Source of the DNA: a virus
Length of the DNA stretch: 64,000 nt
IMG/VR virus record: IMGVR_UViG_3300037459_000226
Span: 1-64,000 of that record
Reading direction: 5' to 3' (one strand)
Position 1 is the first letter of the stretch; each line of letters opens with the position of its first letter. Position numbers and translations under genes: made by a program. This document shows positions 1 to 9,522 of this stretch, piece by piece. A model generated the notes under the pieces. The model did no database searches, was not told the DNA's origin, and saw only the letters and a program-made list of their open reading frames with translations.

Positions 1-1572
1 GGCCCGCTTCATCTCGGTACACAAGTTGGGACATCGCTCAACCACGACCAGCAGGATTGGCAAACCATTTTCAGGTCGGATCTCAATCCAGCGACGAAGC
101 GCAAGTTCCCGACCCTTAATGTCGTCGCTGCCGTTCATAAACATCGAGCCGCGAACCTCGCATCGAAGTCCACGTTCGCTCAGCTCCACCTCGTACTGGC
201 GGCGAGGCAAGACCCCACTCGCCTGTTCGCGGAGGTTTGCACCGTGGGCGTCGATGATGAAATCCTGAAAGGCGTCGTCCCCGACGGCTGGGGCAACTGC
301 GTCCCCCCATTTACGCGCCGTGCAGTTGGGGATGTACAACTCTTTGTAGATCACGACGAAGTTGCCGAACGACGGTGGCGGCCTCGCGGCGAACAGTGTC
401 CCCGCCATCTTGGATCCGGGGTCAAACGCGAAGTAGCGGCACCAATCCGCAGGCGGCACGCCCTTCAATTCCGTGATCACCTTTTGCACGTTGTGACGCA
501 CCTTCATCCCGCGCGCCTCATCTTTGTCCTGCTGGCTCGTCAGGTTCACGATGGCCGAGTGCACATTCCTGTCGAAGTCCCCATACGCCCGAAAGCTGTC
601 GGTGGTGATCTGGCCCAACGCTCGCTTGCGGTAGACGTCTTCTCCGGCCGATCGCCAGATCCGCTCATTCTCCTCGATCGACTTCTGGGGCAGGTAAATG
701 TTGTCGTACATCGTTGCCGAGACCAAGACCGTGCGGGCCTGATACTCCGGATCGTCGGCCGCTTTCTGCATCTCGTCTTCGCCGCGCTCGATCATGTTGA
801 CGATGTCTTCCGTGCGGGAGTGCGGCATCGCGTTCCAGCGAATGAGACCCTCCCGCATCATCGTGCGCGCGACCGCCTCTTCGTACCAACCGCCTTTCGC
901 AACGTCTTCGTCGATCCCGTAAAGGTCTGCCTCGAACCCCTGGGCGTGGCCGGGATCACCCTCACTGTTGAGAGCGTACAGCACCCAGCCCGACTTCATC
1001 GTGACTCGCGAGAAAATGTCTTCGCCGCGCTTTTCATACGCCGGCTTGCCTGCCATTAAACGCTCCGGGATGATGGGACCGGCCGGCTTGGCCCTTTCCT
1101 TCCACCCCGGATACTTGTCGCCGTGGAGGCCCATCCTGACCTCGTCCGGCTCCCATGCGCGGAAAGTTCGCCAAGCATTCGTCTGTTGGTCACGGATGAT
1201 CTTGAAGGCGCCCGGCAGAAACAGATACCGGTAGATCACGCGACCAATGTGTTTCTGGCCGTAGCAAAGACACGCCGCGACGCCGTTACGACGGGGGTAC
1301 TTTCCGTAGGGATCTGTTCCGGTGAGGGCGCGGCCGAACTCGATGAACTCACTCAAGCTGCCACCGACCTGATTACCCTTCTGAAACATGCACTCTTTGG
1401 CGGTGCACGAGTGAAAGGTCTCCTGATACGGCAGAGGCTCGTACAGTCGGAGCGCGTCCATCTCCCGCTCGTCGCTCTCGCGGCACATCGCGAGGTACTC
1501 ATCAATCAGATGAGTGCTCAGCCACGAGTCCCGATCCAGTTCTTCGGGGAGGTCTTCAAGATGCTCGAACAT
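1..1572 (-). CDS. terL: Terminase large subunit (3' end runs off the window; absent from the ORF track)
   Basis: Hand translation from ATG 1572 is open to position 1. Motifs: Q motif YEPLPYQETFH, deviant Walker A KGNQVGGS, Walker B ADLYGIDED, coupling motif WNAMP, nuclease motif DWCRYFAFDPG, CPNL near the C-terminus. Confidence 0.92.
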   Translation of the reverse strand, partial: MFEHLEDLPEELDRDSWLSTHLIDEYLAMCRESDEREMDALRLYEPLPYQETFHSCTAKECMFQKGNQVGGSLSEFIEFGRALTGTDPYGKYPRRNGVAACLCYGQKHIGRVIYRYLFLPGAFKIIRDQQTNAWRTFRAWEPDEVRMGLHGDKYPGWKERAKPAGPIIPERLMAGKPAYEKRGEDIFSRVTMKSGWVLYALNSEGDPGHAQGFEADLYGIDEDVAKGGWYEEAVARTMMREGLIRWNAMPHSRTEDIVNMIERGEDEMQKAADDPEYQARTVLVSATMYDNIYLPQKSIEENERIWRSAGEDVYRKRALGQITTDSFRAYGDFDRNVHSAIVNLTSQQDKDEARGMKVRHNVQKVITELKGVPPADWCRYFAFDPGSKMAGTLFAARPPPSFGNFVVIYKELYIPNCTARKWGDAVAPAVGDDAFQDFIIDAHGANLREQASGVLPRRQYEVELSERGLRCEVRGSMFMNGSDDIKGRELALRRWIEIRPENGLPILLVVVERCPNLCTEMKRA

Positions 1573-2182
1573 TCTCGTGCGTGTCCGGCGGCTCCACGGT
1601 TCGAAAATCCGATCGATCCAGCTTGAGTACGTGGCGAATCACATCCTCTTTTTTGCTCTTTCGATCATTGAGTTCGTCATCTGTCAAATCAGACAGGGGA
1701 CGCGACGCGGCTCCGCTTTCTGTCGACTTTATGGCGAGACGGAATGCCAACTCGATATGCTTCGCGCGGATCTGACCGCCAGGCTTCGCTGCAATGTAAT
1801 TGCCCATCCACAACTGGGCGAATCCGGTAGGACCACCAACAATCGACAGGAGGGATTCCCAGAGATCGGCAACATGACTCACCGAACCGTCATGGCCACG
1901 GACGCCTGCATCCAACAGAGCATCGAGTGCCTGGATCGCCTGCTCGTCGAGTCGAGCGAGAACCTTCACGGCATGCTCTGGTAACTTTCCTCTCGCCGAT
2001 GAACAGGTCTTGCATTTTCTGTTGAGTCCTCCGCGCTTGGTCGAGTCGCGGTTGAAGAACTCGGGCGTCCAGGAAAACGTCTGCTTGCAACCGTTGCAGA
2101 ACATTTTCTCGACCGGCGGCTCAAGACCGTCATCGCGCGGAGCAACCGCTACGGCCACTTCAGGTTCGTGAGACACAGGCAT
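1556..2182 (-). CDS. Zn-finger protein directly upstream of terL; putative terminase small subunit
   Basis: CxxC...CxxC (CNGC, CKTC) followed by a helical domain; overlaps the terL start; TerS call is positional only. Confidence 0.5.
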   Translation of the reverse strand: MPVSHEPEVAVAVAPRDDGLEPPVEKMFCNGCKQTFSWTPEFFNRDSTKRGGLNRKCKTCSSARGKLPEHAVKVLARLDEQAIQALDALLDAGVRGHDGSVSHVADLWESLLSIVGGPTGFAQLWMGNYIAAKPGGQIRAKHIELAFRLAIKSTESGAASRPLSDLTDDELNDRKSKKEDVIRHVLKLDRSDFRTVEPPDTHENVRAS

Positions 2183-3704
2183 GTTTCTCCTGCTTGCGCG
2201 CGACCCAGAAGGCACCGTGCTGATCTTCCGCGTAGACCATGAAGTCTTTGCCAAACCAGTCTTCGACAGCTTCGGTGACGCTCCGCAAGCGTACGACGTG
2301 GTAGTCGTGGCCGATCATCACGCCGCCCTCGCGGAGAGCTGGCCACCACGCCTTGATGTCCGACTGAACGGCGGAAAACTCGTGGTCGGCGTCGATGAAG
2401 ACCACGTCGAATGTCGGAGACACGCGAGACATCAGAGGGCCAATATCCAGCGACGATCCTTCGTGCAGAGCCCATTTCGATTGAGGCGCACCCCCGACCA
2501 TGCGGTCGATAAACTGCTGGCGAATGTTTTCGCGTCCACCGGATTCAGTCACGAGAATGCTCGTCCAGTCTCCGGGGTTGCCCATGAAATGATCGACGCA
2601 GATGAGATGTTCGACCGCGGCAGAGTTGGCAATTTCCAATGAGGTCTCGCCGATCCAGACGCCGATCTCTGCGACTTTGATTGGGCGGTCGAGCCGCTCG
2701 GCTTCGCCATCAAGGAACTTCAGAAGGGCTGCGCGATGCTCCGGGTACATCTCGCATGTCGGCTTGTCGCCGTTGTCGTTCGGTTTGACGACTGGAGTCG
2801 CAGGTCGGTGAACCGGCAAGCCGGCGATCCCGAGCCGCTCCGCGTTGTCCGCAGGAAACTCGATCAGCCGCTCGTCGCTGTCCGGTCTCCGGATCGCGTC
2901 CTTGAGCTGGTCGCAAACCTGATCGGCGGACGTCATGTGGGGCTTGCCGACACACCAAACCTTGAGGTGTCCTGCCCAGCTCGACCACGCGATCTTGAGC
3001 GGGTTGTAGCCGAGCTGCGCAATGACCGCCTGACTCAGATTGCGAGTGTTCTGGACGTCTTCGGTCGAGCACTTGTCCGATTCAGTGTCGTCGGTCCACT
3101 CGTACCGGAAGTACGGAGGCTTGATGTAATCGAACACCCGCATGTCGTAGGCGATCAGTCCCGTCGCGGCTGCCGCAGCGTCATGCAGTCCGCCCAGGAC
3201 GGCTGCCTCTTCCCGCGTATACTGCTCAAGGCTGAACTTCGTCGGGTCGTTCATCTTGTTGCGCCACCGGAACGCGAAGATGTTCTCGTGCGGCGGGCAA
3301 CCCCCGTAGGGAGCGGCGATGACGAGCGGACCCTTGGCGTGATGCTCGTAGATCGCGTTGAAGGCCACGTCGAAGAAAGGCTGTGCGTCATCGACCTGCC
3401 CGGCGGCCGCTGCGGGGCCAAGATGACAATCGGGGGCCATGTCTGAATCGACCATCACGAGAATGTCGGCCCCGCTCTGCTGCGCCGCCTTGACGGCCCG
3501 GTTGCGCGTCATCGTGATCGGGGTATCGGCGAACGACTGCACGATAATGTCACCGTCGATGCGGTCGACGAATTCCGGCGCGGTCTTCAGGCGGAAAACC
3601 AGCGGGGTGAACCAGCGCGTGACGTCGTAGACCATCGACGTGCCGGTGCTGTTCCCCGTGTAGGGGAAGAAGGCAAACATCACGCTGAGTTTTGTCGGGG
3701 TCAC
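2160..3704 (-). CDS. Fused GT-A glycosyltransferase and class I SAM methyltransferase (Methyltransf_24-like)
   Basis: N-half: ITMTRNRAV..ILVMVDSDM (DxD), ATGL, STED. C-half: VAEIGVWIGETS, CVDHF, FDVVFIDADH, GGVMIGHDY. Confidence 0.85.
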   Translation of the reverse strand: MTPTKLSVMFAFFPYTGNSTGTSMVYDVTRWFTPLVFRLKTAPEFVDRIDGDIIVQSFADTPITMTRNRAVKAAQQSGADILVMVDSDMAPDCHLGPAAAAGQVDDAQPFFDVAFNAIYEHHAKGPLVIAAPYGGCPPHENIFAFRWRNKMNDPTKFSLEQYTREEAAVLGGLHDAAAAATGLIAYDMRVFDYIKPPYFRYEWTDDTESDKCSTEDVQNTRNLSQAVIAQLGYNPLKIAWSSWAGHLKVWCVGKPHMTSADQVCDQLKDAIRRPDSDERLIEFPADNAERLGIAGLPVHRPATPVVKPNDNGDKPTCEMYPEHRAALLKFLDGEAERLDRPIKVAEIGVWIGETSLEIANSAAVEHLICVDHFMGNPGDWTSILVTESGGRENIRQQFIDRMVGGAPQSKWALHEGSSLDIGPLMSRVSPTFDVVFIDADHEFSAVQSDIKAWWPALREGGVMIGHDYHVVRLRSVTEAVEDWFGKDFMVYAEDQHGAFWVARKQEKHACVSRT

Positions 3705-4093
3705 GAGTCGATCCTTGAAGTTCCACAGTGAAAGCAGAGTTGATTGACCATTGAAAAGTTATGAGAGCATGAGCCGTCTTCATTTTTGGGAATCATCAGT
3801 GACTCGACCACGCCAATCGTGTCGTGAGGCGCCGGAACGGGCTCCTTGTCTGGGGATCTGAGTCGCGTCAGATCCACTGTCGGACAGTTGGTCGCCGGCA
3901 GTTTCTCCAAACAAGGAACCTGAACGCGGCCATCGGCCTCCGTCTCGTCAACAAACTCAATCAGGGCGTCGCACCCTGCCCCGAACTTCCCGAGCGCAAC
4001 CTTCTTCGCATCCGGAACATCTCGCGCGTTGACGGACGCCCAGCCCGACATCGCACGCAACTCCGGTTTCGTCAATGTGCGGAACTGTGTCAT
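3701..4093 (-). CDS. Hypothetical protein
   Basis: Start/stop overlaps the downstream gene in the late operon. Confidence 0.55.
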   Translation of the reverse strand: MTQFRTLTKPELRAMSGWASVNARDVPDAKKVALGKFGAGCDALIEFVDETEADGRVQVPCLEKLPATNCPTVDLTRLRSPDKEPVPAPHDTIGVVESLMIPKNEDGSCSHNFSMVNQLCFHCGTSRIDS

Positions 4094-4097
4094 CGTT

Positions 4098-4328
4098 TCA
4101 ATATCGATTCAACAGTTTGCGACCGCTGCGTTTGCGACGTCCCATTTTCTTTTTGGGCTTGGAAGTCTTCTTTCGCCTCAGCCGATCGGCCAGGCTGTTG
4201 GCTGCGTTTCCCACTGGCATGTCTGGCAAGCTCATTGGGGCGGTTGGAAAGTGTGCGTGGACGAGTTCCGGGTCGTCGATCACGGGCTCGCCAAGGATTT
4301 CGATGATCCTACGCGGCTTGTGAGCCAT
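4098..4328 (-). CDS. Small basic hypothetical protein (K/R-rich tail)
   Basis: AGGAG RBS before ATG 4328; tail RRKKTSKPKKKMGRRKRS. Confidence 0.5.
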   Translation of the reverse strand: MAHKPRRIIEILGEPVIDDPELVHAHFPTAPMSLPDMPVGNAANSLADRLRRKKTSKPKKKMGRRKRSGRKLLNRY

Positions 4329-4776
4329 CTGACTCTCCTGTCGGCCATGGTGGAGATTCGTCCGAAGACTCAACGGGTTGCTCGTCTTCTTCATCCGGCA
4401 AGAACTGCGACAGATATCCGCCCATCCCGGCTAGTTGGTGCCTCATCTCGCGGTAACGCACGACTGCGCGTTCACGCGTTCTGGCCTCACGAGTCAGACG
4501 GAGACGCGACGCCTCTTTCTCCGGAAACGTCTTGCCCGTCACCAAAGACAGGTCGACTGACGATCGGCTGCGCTCGTATCGCTCCAGTGTCTGGGCACGC
4601 TCGCCACCCGCCGCGACAATCTCCGCGAGTTCTTCTCGCAAATACTGCGCATCTTGCTCTGCGGCTCGCTTTGCGGCTTCTGCGGCTCGCTTTGCGGCTT
4701 CTGCGGCTTCTGCTGGCGATAGCTCGTCGCCCAAATCCACCAACAACTCAGCGGTTTCTGCATCGTTCTCTGACAT
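4309..4776 (-). CDS. Hypothetical helical protein
   Basis: AGGAGG RBS; AEAAKRA repeats. Confidence 0.6.
   Translation of the reverse strand: MSENDAETAELLVDLGDELSPAEAAEAAKRAAEAAKRAAEQDAQYLREELAEIVAAGGERAQTLERYERSRSSVDLSLVTGKTFPEKEASRLRLTREARTRERAVVRYREMRHQLAGMGGYLSQFLPDEEDEQPVESSDESPPWPTGESDGSQAA
4660..4712. repeat. 21-bp tandem repeat encoding AEAAKRA
   Basis: gcggctcgctttgcggcttct x2 plus a partial copy. Confidence 0.8.
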
Positions 4777-4806
4777 GAATTCTGCCTCCTGATTGAAAAG
4801 GCTAAC

Positions 4807-4840
4807 AAAAAAGGCGGACGGGAAACAACCCCCATCCGCC
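4807..4840 (-). terminator. Rho-independent terminator after the capsid genes
   Basis: Minus strand GGCGGATGGG-loop-CCCGTCCGCC followed by TTTTTT. Confidence 0.8.
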
Positions 4841-4878
4841 CCCGTGCAAGACTGCGACACAACCGACAAACCCGCTGA

Positions 4879-5526
4879 TCAGATTCTGATCTGCAAATTA
4901 ACGAGCAAATCTGCGTTCGTCTCCCCCGTGGTCCGTGCCGACATCGCCACCGCGATGTGATTATTCACCATCGCGTACACCTCCGTGTTGTTGAGGGTGT
5001 CCTGAACGGTGAAGTTCCCGAGGCCGCCCGCGTTCGAGTTCTGGCTCGTCGAGTTGATGGTGGACGAGACAAGTTGAGCACCAACCGCGATGTCCAGGGC
5101 GAACGCGGCACCGGTGAAAGGCGTGCGCGCAATACAGACACCTTCAAAGAGTCCCCAGAACAGGTCGTCGATGGGGACGCCGTCCGTGGGGATCGTTCCG
5201 AACGGGTCGATCAGAATCAGGCCCTTTTGTGCCTGCACGATCGGGTAACCGTCCGCTCGCTCAACGACGCTCAATCCGGCGGTCAGTTCAAACTGCGCAA
5301 GCCGCTTACCGAAGAGAACGACTCCGCTGTCATTGCGCAGACAAACCGCCGAAATGAATCGCTCGGCATTTCGATCACGAACACCACTGACCGACGATAA
5401 GACCGGAGATTGATGTTGGTAGATCATCCCCATGAAGTCGTCGTTGATCTCGTTGCTGTCGTCGTCGAGACCGCGGTACGTGGTTCCGAGCGCAAACGGC
5501 GGATTGCCCGCTGCATAAGTTGGCAT
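4879..5526 (-). CDS. Probable capsid decoration/cement protein
   Basis: Immediately downstream of MCP and before the terminator; AGGAGG RBS; G/A/T-rich beta-type sequence. Confidence 0.6.
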   Translation of the reverse strand: MPTYAAGNPPFALGTTYRGLDDDSNEINDDFMGMIYQHQSPVLSSVSGVRDRNAERFISAVCLRNDSGVVLFGKRLAQFELTAGLSVVERADGYPIVQAQKGLILIDPFGTIPTDGVPIDDLFWGLFEGVCIARTPFTGAAFALDIAVGAQLVSSTINSTSQNSNAGGLGNFTVQDTLNNTEVYAMVNNHIAVAMSARTTGETNADLLVNLQIRI

Positions 5527-5675
5527 GTCTGCCTCCTGTGGAGAGTCTGTTGGTTGCTTGAATGGGCTGCGGTAACGGGTGCTTACCCCGCTCGACTGCA
5601 CATGTCATCGCCCGCCGCATTGCCGGGCAGCCGTCAAAGCTCGTTCTTCTGTCCGCCGAAACTCGCCGTCATCAA

Positions 5676-6803
5676 TTACGCAACGGTTTCGAACTTCAGC
5701 ATGTTGCGCGGCGTGCCGAACTTCAGGTTCGACAACGTGTAGACGACCGCGTTGTAGGCTTGGGTGAAGATGTCGTACACGGGGCCTTCAGGAGTCAGGA
5801 AATCACTCTCCCGGCAGCGCATCTCGACATCGTTGTAGTTCATCCCGTATCCGGTTCCCGTCGGGACACCGGCCTCCCAAGACACCTCGACGCCATCGAA
5901 GTTGATCACCTGGCGGAAGCCGAAGTTCGGCAACGAGTAGGCGCCCGCCCCGCGCCCGATGATGAGCCGCTCCTTGTCGTCGAGGACGTTGAGCAAGACT
6001 TCGTATTGGTCACGCGCGAGAAAGATGTTGGTGATCTGCGCATTCTGCGAGGCGTTCCGCTGACAGGTGATGATGCCGTAGCGCAGCGCTTCGTCGAGTG
6101 CGGATGCAAACGCCGTGTGGGCCAGATGGACGATAATCGGAGTCCAGAAGTCAAACTGGCTGTCAGCGATACCGTCCGGCCAGATGGCACCGCTGGCGTT
6201 CTCGCCGCCGTGAGCCGCGCCCAACTCGATGTTGAGACCGGCGTAGGTGCCCTCCGGGAAAGCCACCTTGTCGGCGGCGTTCACCGAGCGCGAAGTTCCA
6301 TCCGTGATGTTGACGGTGTTGCCGCTGTGCTGGAACACGGAATCGAACCCGTGCCAGAACTTGGAGTTCGCGCTCGTCTCGCCGTCGATGTAATACTGGC
6401 GCCCGAGTGCGTTCTGCATCGAACCGGTCAGCCGACCCGTGAACCCATTGAAGACGTTGATGATCGCTTCGGGTCCGCGGTTGGCCAACAATTCCGCTCG
6501 ATAGATCGCGTCGGTCGTCTGGTAGCCGCGGTACGGCAGGCTCGCGGTGTCCCAGATGTTCGTCTGGGCGAAGTTGCGAACCGTGCGGCCCGTATTTCCT
6601 TCGACATCGTGGTAACGAAACTGGACCGGCCAGTCGAAACCGTTGCCCCCGAGAGACTTGAGAATGCGTCCGGTGGCTTCGAGCAGCGCACCCATTTGGT
6701 AATTGCGAACCATCGACGGTTCGACCTGCCGGATGTGCTGGGCGAGCGTGGTGTGCAGCGGACGCTGCCAAGCAACCGGATCGTACCCCTTATAGGTCGT
6801 CAT
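5676..6803 (-). CDS. Major capsid protein (HK97 fold)
   Basis: 375 aa after a scaffold-like gene; spine-helix-like segment ending YYIDG; GF...INFDGVEV..E.GVP.G.GY; C-terminal SNL..G.PR. Confidence 0.85.
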   Translation of the reverse strand: MTTYKGYDPVAWQRPLHTTLAQHIRQVEPSMVRNYQMGALLEATGRILKSLGGNGFDWPVQFRYHDVEGNTGRTVRNFAQTNIWDTASLPYRGYQTTDAIYRAELLANRGPEAIINVFNGFTGRLTGSMQNALGRQYYIDGETSANSKFWHGFDSVFQHSGNTVNITDGTSRSVNAADKVAFPEGTYAGLNIELGAAHGGENASGAIWPDGIADSQFDFWTPIIVHLAHTAFASALDEALRYGIITCQRNASQNAQITNIFLARDQYEVLLNVLDDKERLIIGRGAGAYSLPNFGFRQVINFDGVEVSWEAGVPTGTGYGMNYNDVEMRCRESDFLTPEGPVYDIFTQAYNAVVYTLSNLKFGTPRNMLKFETVA

Positions 6804-6824
6804 GCTTTGGTCTTTCCTTCAAGG

Positions 6825-8417
6825 TCAGATTGGCAGGCCGGCCGCCTGCATGTTTTGAATCAGCAAATTGCCGGCGTCCAAATGCTGGTTTTGGGGAACC
6901 ATCGTCGGGTTTTCCGGAGCCGGGAAGCTGCCCCCTCGATCCGGTTGGTACGTTGCCAGGAACTCACGTTTGCGCGCATCGGCAGTCTGATCCAGTAAGG
7001 CCTGCGCTTGCGGATTCGGGTACGAGACCGGAGCGGGGTAGTTCGCAGGCGCTGGATATCCGGAGGCCGTCAACGGGCCCGTCGGCGGCGGGGGGGTCAG
7101 ATGTCTGAAATCAGTCGCCGGTAATGCTTGTGCCGGTGGCGCGGCTGGCGCGTGTCCGTTGCCGTTCGCCGGTGCTGGTGCGCCGGTTTCATTCGTGAAT
7201 TTCGCCATCGCGTAGTCCCAGGCATCCTGCGACCCGAGACCTTGCTTTTCGAGATAGTCGACATGCCCAAGGATCTGTCGACCGGCCGGGCTGACGACCC
7301 GCTCATTCGTCAGCGGGTCAATCGCGACCTGTCCCGTGCGAGGATCTTGTTGGAACAACAGCCCGCCGTGCTCGTCCGCGATACCTTTCTCGAACGCATC
7401 GAAGTCTCGATCGGCGAGAGCCTGCTTAACCATCTCGCTGACCATCGGCATCACGGTCTGCTTGATGATCGGCGGCAGAACTTCTTGAGGGCGCTGCACC
7501 AAGTTTTCCGCCCACGCATCGATGTAAGACTGTCTGGAGTCGAATGCGTGCTGGAGTTCAAGCGGCGTTCCGGTCTTCCACCCGAATGTTTTGCCATCGG
7601 GATCCATGACTCGTTGTCGGCTGACGGCGTGTTCGTCCAAGGCCGGCGGATTCCACCACGAATCCTGCGGAACTCCCGCTTGGGGCGCGGCAAACTGCTG
7701 TTGCGGCGCGACGGCCTGTACTCCGGGCTGCGCAACGCCTTGCGCGACCTGCGCCGCGCGCCATGCCTGAAATGCCGGGTCGCGTATCAGGCTGTGATGA
7801 TCGGCGGCGGTTTGTTCCATCGGTTGAAGACGCTGAACCTGATCGGTCAACTGCCGGTGTTGATCTTGTCCGGTTTCAAACGCCTCCAAAAGCCTTTGAA
7901 CGCCATCCGCGTCGTTCGTGATGTTCGTGAAACCAAGACCGGCGAGCCGATCCACAAACTGGGAGGCAGGGACCGGCCCACCGGTTGCCGGTAGCGACGG
8001 CGCGGGCGGCGGTGTCTGTCCGGGCGGAACTGGCGCAGGCGGCGCGGACGGAACTCCCTGTCCTGGAACCGGCTGATAGGTTGGCTGCCCGGCCACCGGC
8101 TGCGTCGGCTGCGCGGCGGGCTGGAGTGGCGGCTGAACTTGAGCGGGACCCAGCGGATTCGCCGCCGGATACCCTGGTTCCGGCGCCGTGGGAGCAGCGA
8201 TGCCTACGCCGAGAAACTGTTCAAGACCACCCTCTGCGGGCGGCGCCGGCGCAACGCCCGGCATCGGTCCGGACGGCATGCTCGGCTGAGTGAGGGACGG
8301 TACAACAGGCGACGGGGTGTACTGCGGGGCAGCGGGCGCAAGGGGAGCGGCGGGGGGCATGAGGGCAGGCTGCAGGGCCTGAACGGGCTGTGCAAAGACC
8401 GGCTGATTGGTTGGCAT
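6825..8417 (-). CDS. Probable capsid scaffolding protein (P/A/Q-rich)
   Basis: Low-complexity and helical; directly upstream of MCP; GGAGG RBS before ATG 8417. Confidence 0.7.
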   Translation of the reverse strand: MPTNQPVFAQPVQALQPALMPPAAPLAPAAPQYTPSPVVPSLTQPSMPSGPMPGVAPAPPAEGGLEQFLGVGIAAPTAPEPGYPAANPLGPAQVQPPLQPAAQPTQPVAGQPTYQPVPGQGVPSAPPAPVPPGQTPPPAPSLPATGGPVPASQFVDRLAGLGFTNITNDADGVQRLLEAFETGQDQHRQLTDQVQRLQPMEQTAADHHSLIRDPAFQAWRAAQVAQGVAQPGVQAVAPQQQFAAPQAGVPQDSWWNPPALDEHAVSRQRVMDPDGKTFGWKTGTPLELQHAFDSRQSYIDAWAENLVQRPQEVLPPIIKQTVMPMVSEMVKQALADRDFDAFEKGIADEHGGLLFQQDPRTGQVAIDPLTNERVVSPAGRQILGHVDYLEKQGLGSQDAWDYAMAKFTNETGAPAPANGNGHAPAAPPAQALPATDFRHLTPPPPTGPLTASGYPAPANYPAPVSYPNPQAQALLDQTADARKREFLATYQPDRGGSFPAPENPTMVPQNQHLDAGNLLIQNMQAAGLPI

Positions 8418-8531
8418 TGTTCTACCTCCGGTCAATGGGTAGACTGCCGCCTGTCAAAGAAAGGTGCGACTTCTTCCGATTTCTTCCGGTTTCGCATGAC
8501 TGCTGGAATCACAAATAATCACGTCGACCCA

Positions 8532-8744
8532 ATGGCTCTCCTCAACACGGAGACGGTTGTGACGATGGATCAGTTGGGTCGTCGAGTGAAGCGGAGCGTC
8601 AAAACAATCATGTTGTGGATGGTGGCTGGCCGGAAGCGCAAGCGTGACGGCAAGCTCTGTTCGCTCCAGTTCGTCGATGAAGGCGGACGGATTACTACGA
8701 GCATGCAGGCCTACGAGCGCTTCATCCGGGAGTTGAACGAGTGA
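8532..8744 (+). CDS. DUF1580-like small winged-HTH (excisionase-like) protein
   Basis: SVKTIMLWMVAG...L....EGGRITTSMQAYERFI matches the DUF1580 pattern typical of Planctomycetes. Confidence 0.7.
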   Translation: MALLNTETVVTMDQLGRRVKRSVKTIMLWMVAGRKRKRDGKLCSLQFVDEGGRITTSMQAYERFIRELNE

Positions 8745-9001
8745 GTGAACGACAACAGATCAGCGCCATCGAGCGCGACTGCGGTTACTGCCCGATCATG
8801 GTGACGTACAAGTATCGCTGTTCGTATTGCGACTGCGTGTTCGACAAAGAAGAACAGGAGGGTCGCAATTTTATCGGCTTCCTCAGTCCGGGGTACGCTC
8901 AGTCCATCGGTCATCTCCCGGTTGGGTGGAGTTGGTACGGGTCGAGCCTCGTCTGCCCGAAGCACGAGATTGTGGTTTACGATCGGGAGTTGAACGGATG
9001 A
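8741..9001 (+). CDS. Small Cys-rich hypothetical protein
   Basis: CxxC motifs; GTGA coupling to the upstream gene. Confidence 0.6.
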   Translation: MSERQQISAIERDCGYCPIMVTYKYRCSYCDCVFDKEEQEGRNFIGFLSPGYAQSIGHLPVGWSWYGSSLVCPKHEIVVYDRELNG

Positions 9002-9168
9002 GCGACGATGTCGAAGAGCGCGGCCGTCAGGTCAAGGCGCGTCAGGACTTCACCTTGTATGCCAGCACGGTGATGAACCCTGATTTGTCATGCGTGACGC
9101 TGCCAGAGGACGAACCACCTGGACCGTTTCGAGATCAGTTGATCCGTGACGGACTCATCCGGATCTGA
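8998..9168 (+). CDS. Small hypothetical protein
   Basis: ATGA overlap with the upstream stop. Confidence 0.55.
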   Translation: MSDDVEERGRQVKARQDFTLYASTVMNPDLSCVTLPEDEPPGPFRDQLIRDGLIRI

Positions 9169-9309
9169 CATCCGGGTTGACAACCCACTGCGGTCGTGAA
9201 AGGATGCGGTCCGCTTCGGATCAAAGCGAAACACCAAAGCGCGCCAGCGCAACGGTTTGAAAGGCCACACGTTGATCCGAGCGTGTGGCCTTTCTCTTTG
9301 GACTCAGCG

Positions 9310-9522
9310 ATGTCCGGCACATCGAAACAGCTTGTCTTCCCGCCGCGGCCCGACCGCGAGCTGACGGAAGAGGATGTCGAGTTGCTCCAGACGGTCGATC
9401 CGTATGGGATTCTCAATGCGGGGAAGATCCCTGATTTCGATCCCGAGACAGAGAAACTCGTCGTGACATACACTTTTTCCCTGAATCCGCGATCCTACGG
9501 AGTTTACAGACGTGCCGACTGA
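9310..9522 (+). CDS. Small protein resembling the MCP C-terminus (about aa 321-371)
   Basis: EDVEL..PDFDPETE..VVTYTFSLNPR vs MCP NDVEM..PVYDIFTQ..VVYTLS..TPR; start could be as far upstream as 9196. Confidence 0.55.
   Translation: MSGTSKQLVFPPRPDRELTEEDVELLQTVDPYGILNAGKIPDFDPETEKLVVTYTFSLNPRSYGVYRRAD

Noticed and set aside
244-1626. Plus-strand ORFs 244-1059 and 1123-1626 (and similar long antisense ORFs such as 5562-6998 and 27509-28804)
   Set aside because: Shadow ORFs opposite real high-GC genes (terL, MCP, virion protein)
8532-8744. Evidence of an integrated prophage from the excisionase-like gene
   Set aside because: No integrase, att site or host genes in the window; lifestyle cannot be determined
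8998-9168. ORF 8998 as another MCP fragment
   Set aside because: Only a vague resemblance (LIRDGLI vs LEATGRI); not supportable by eye
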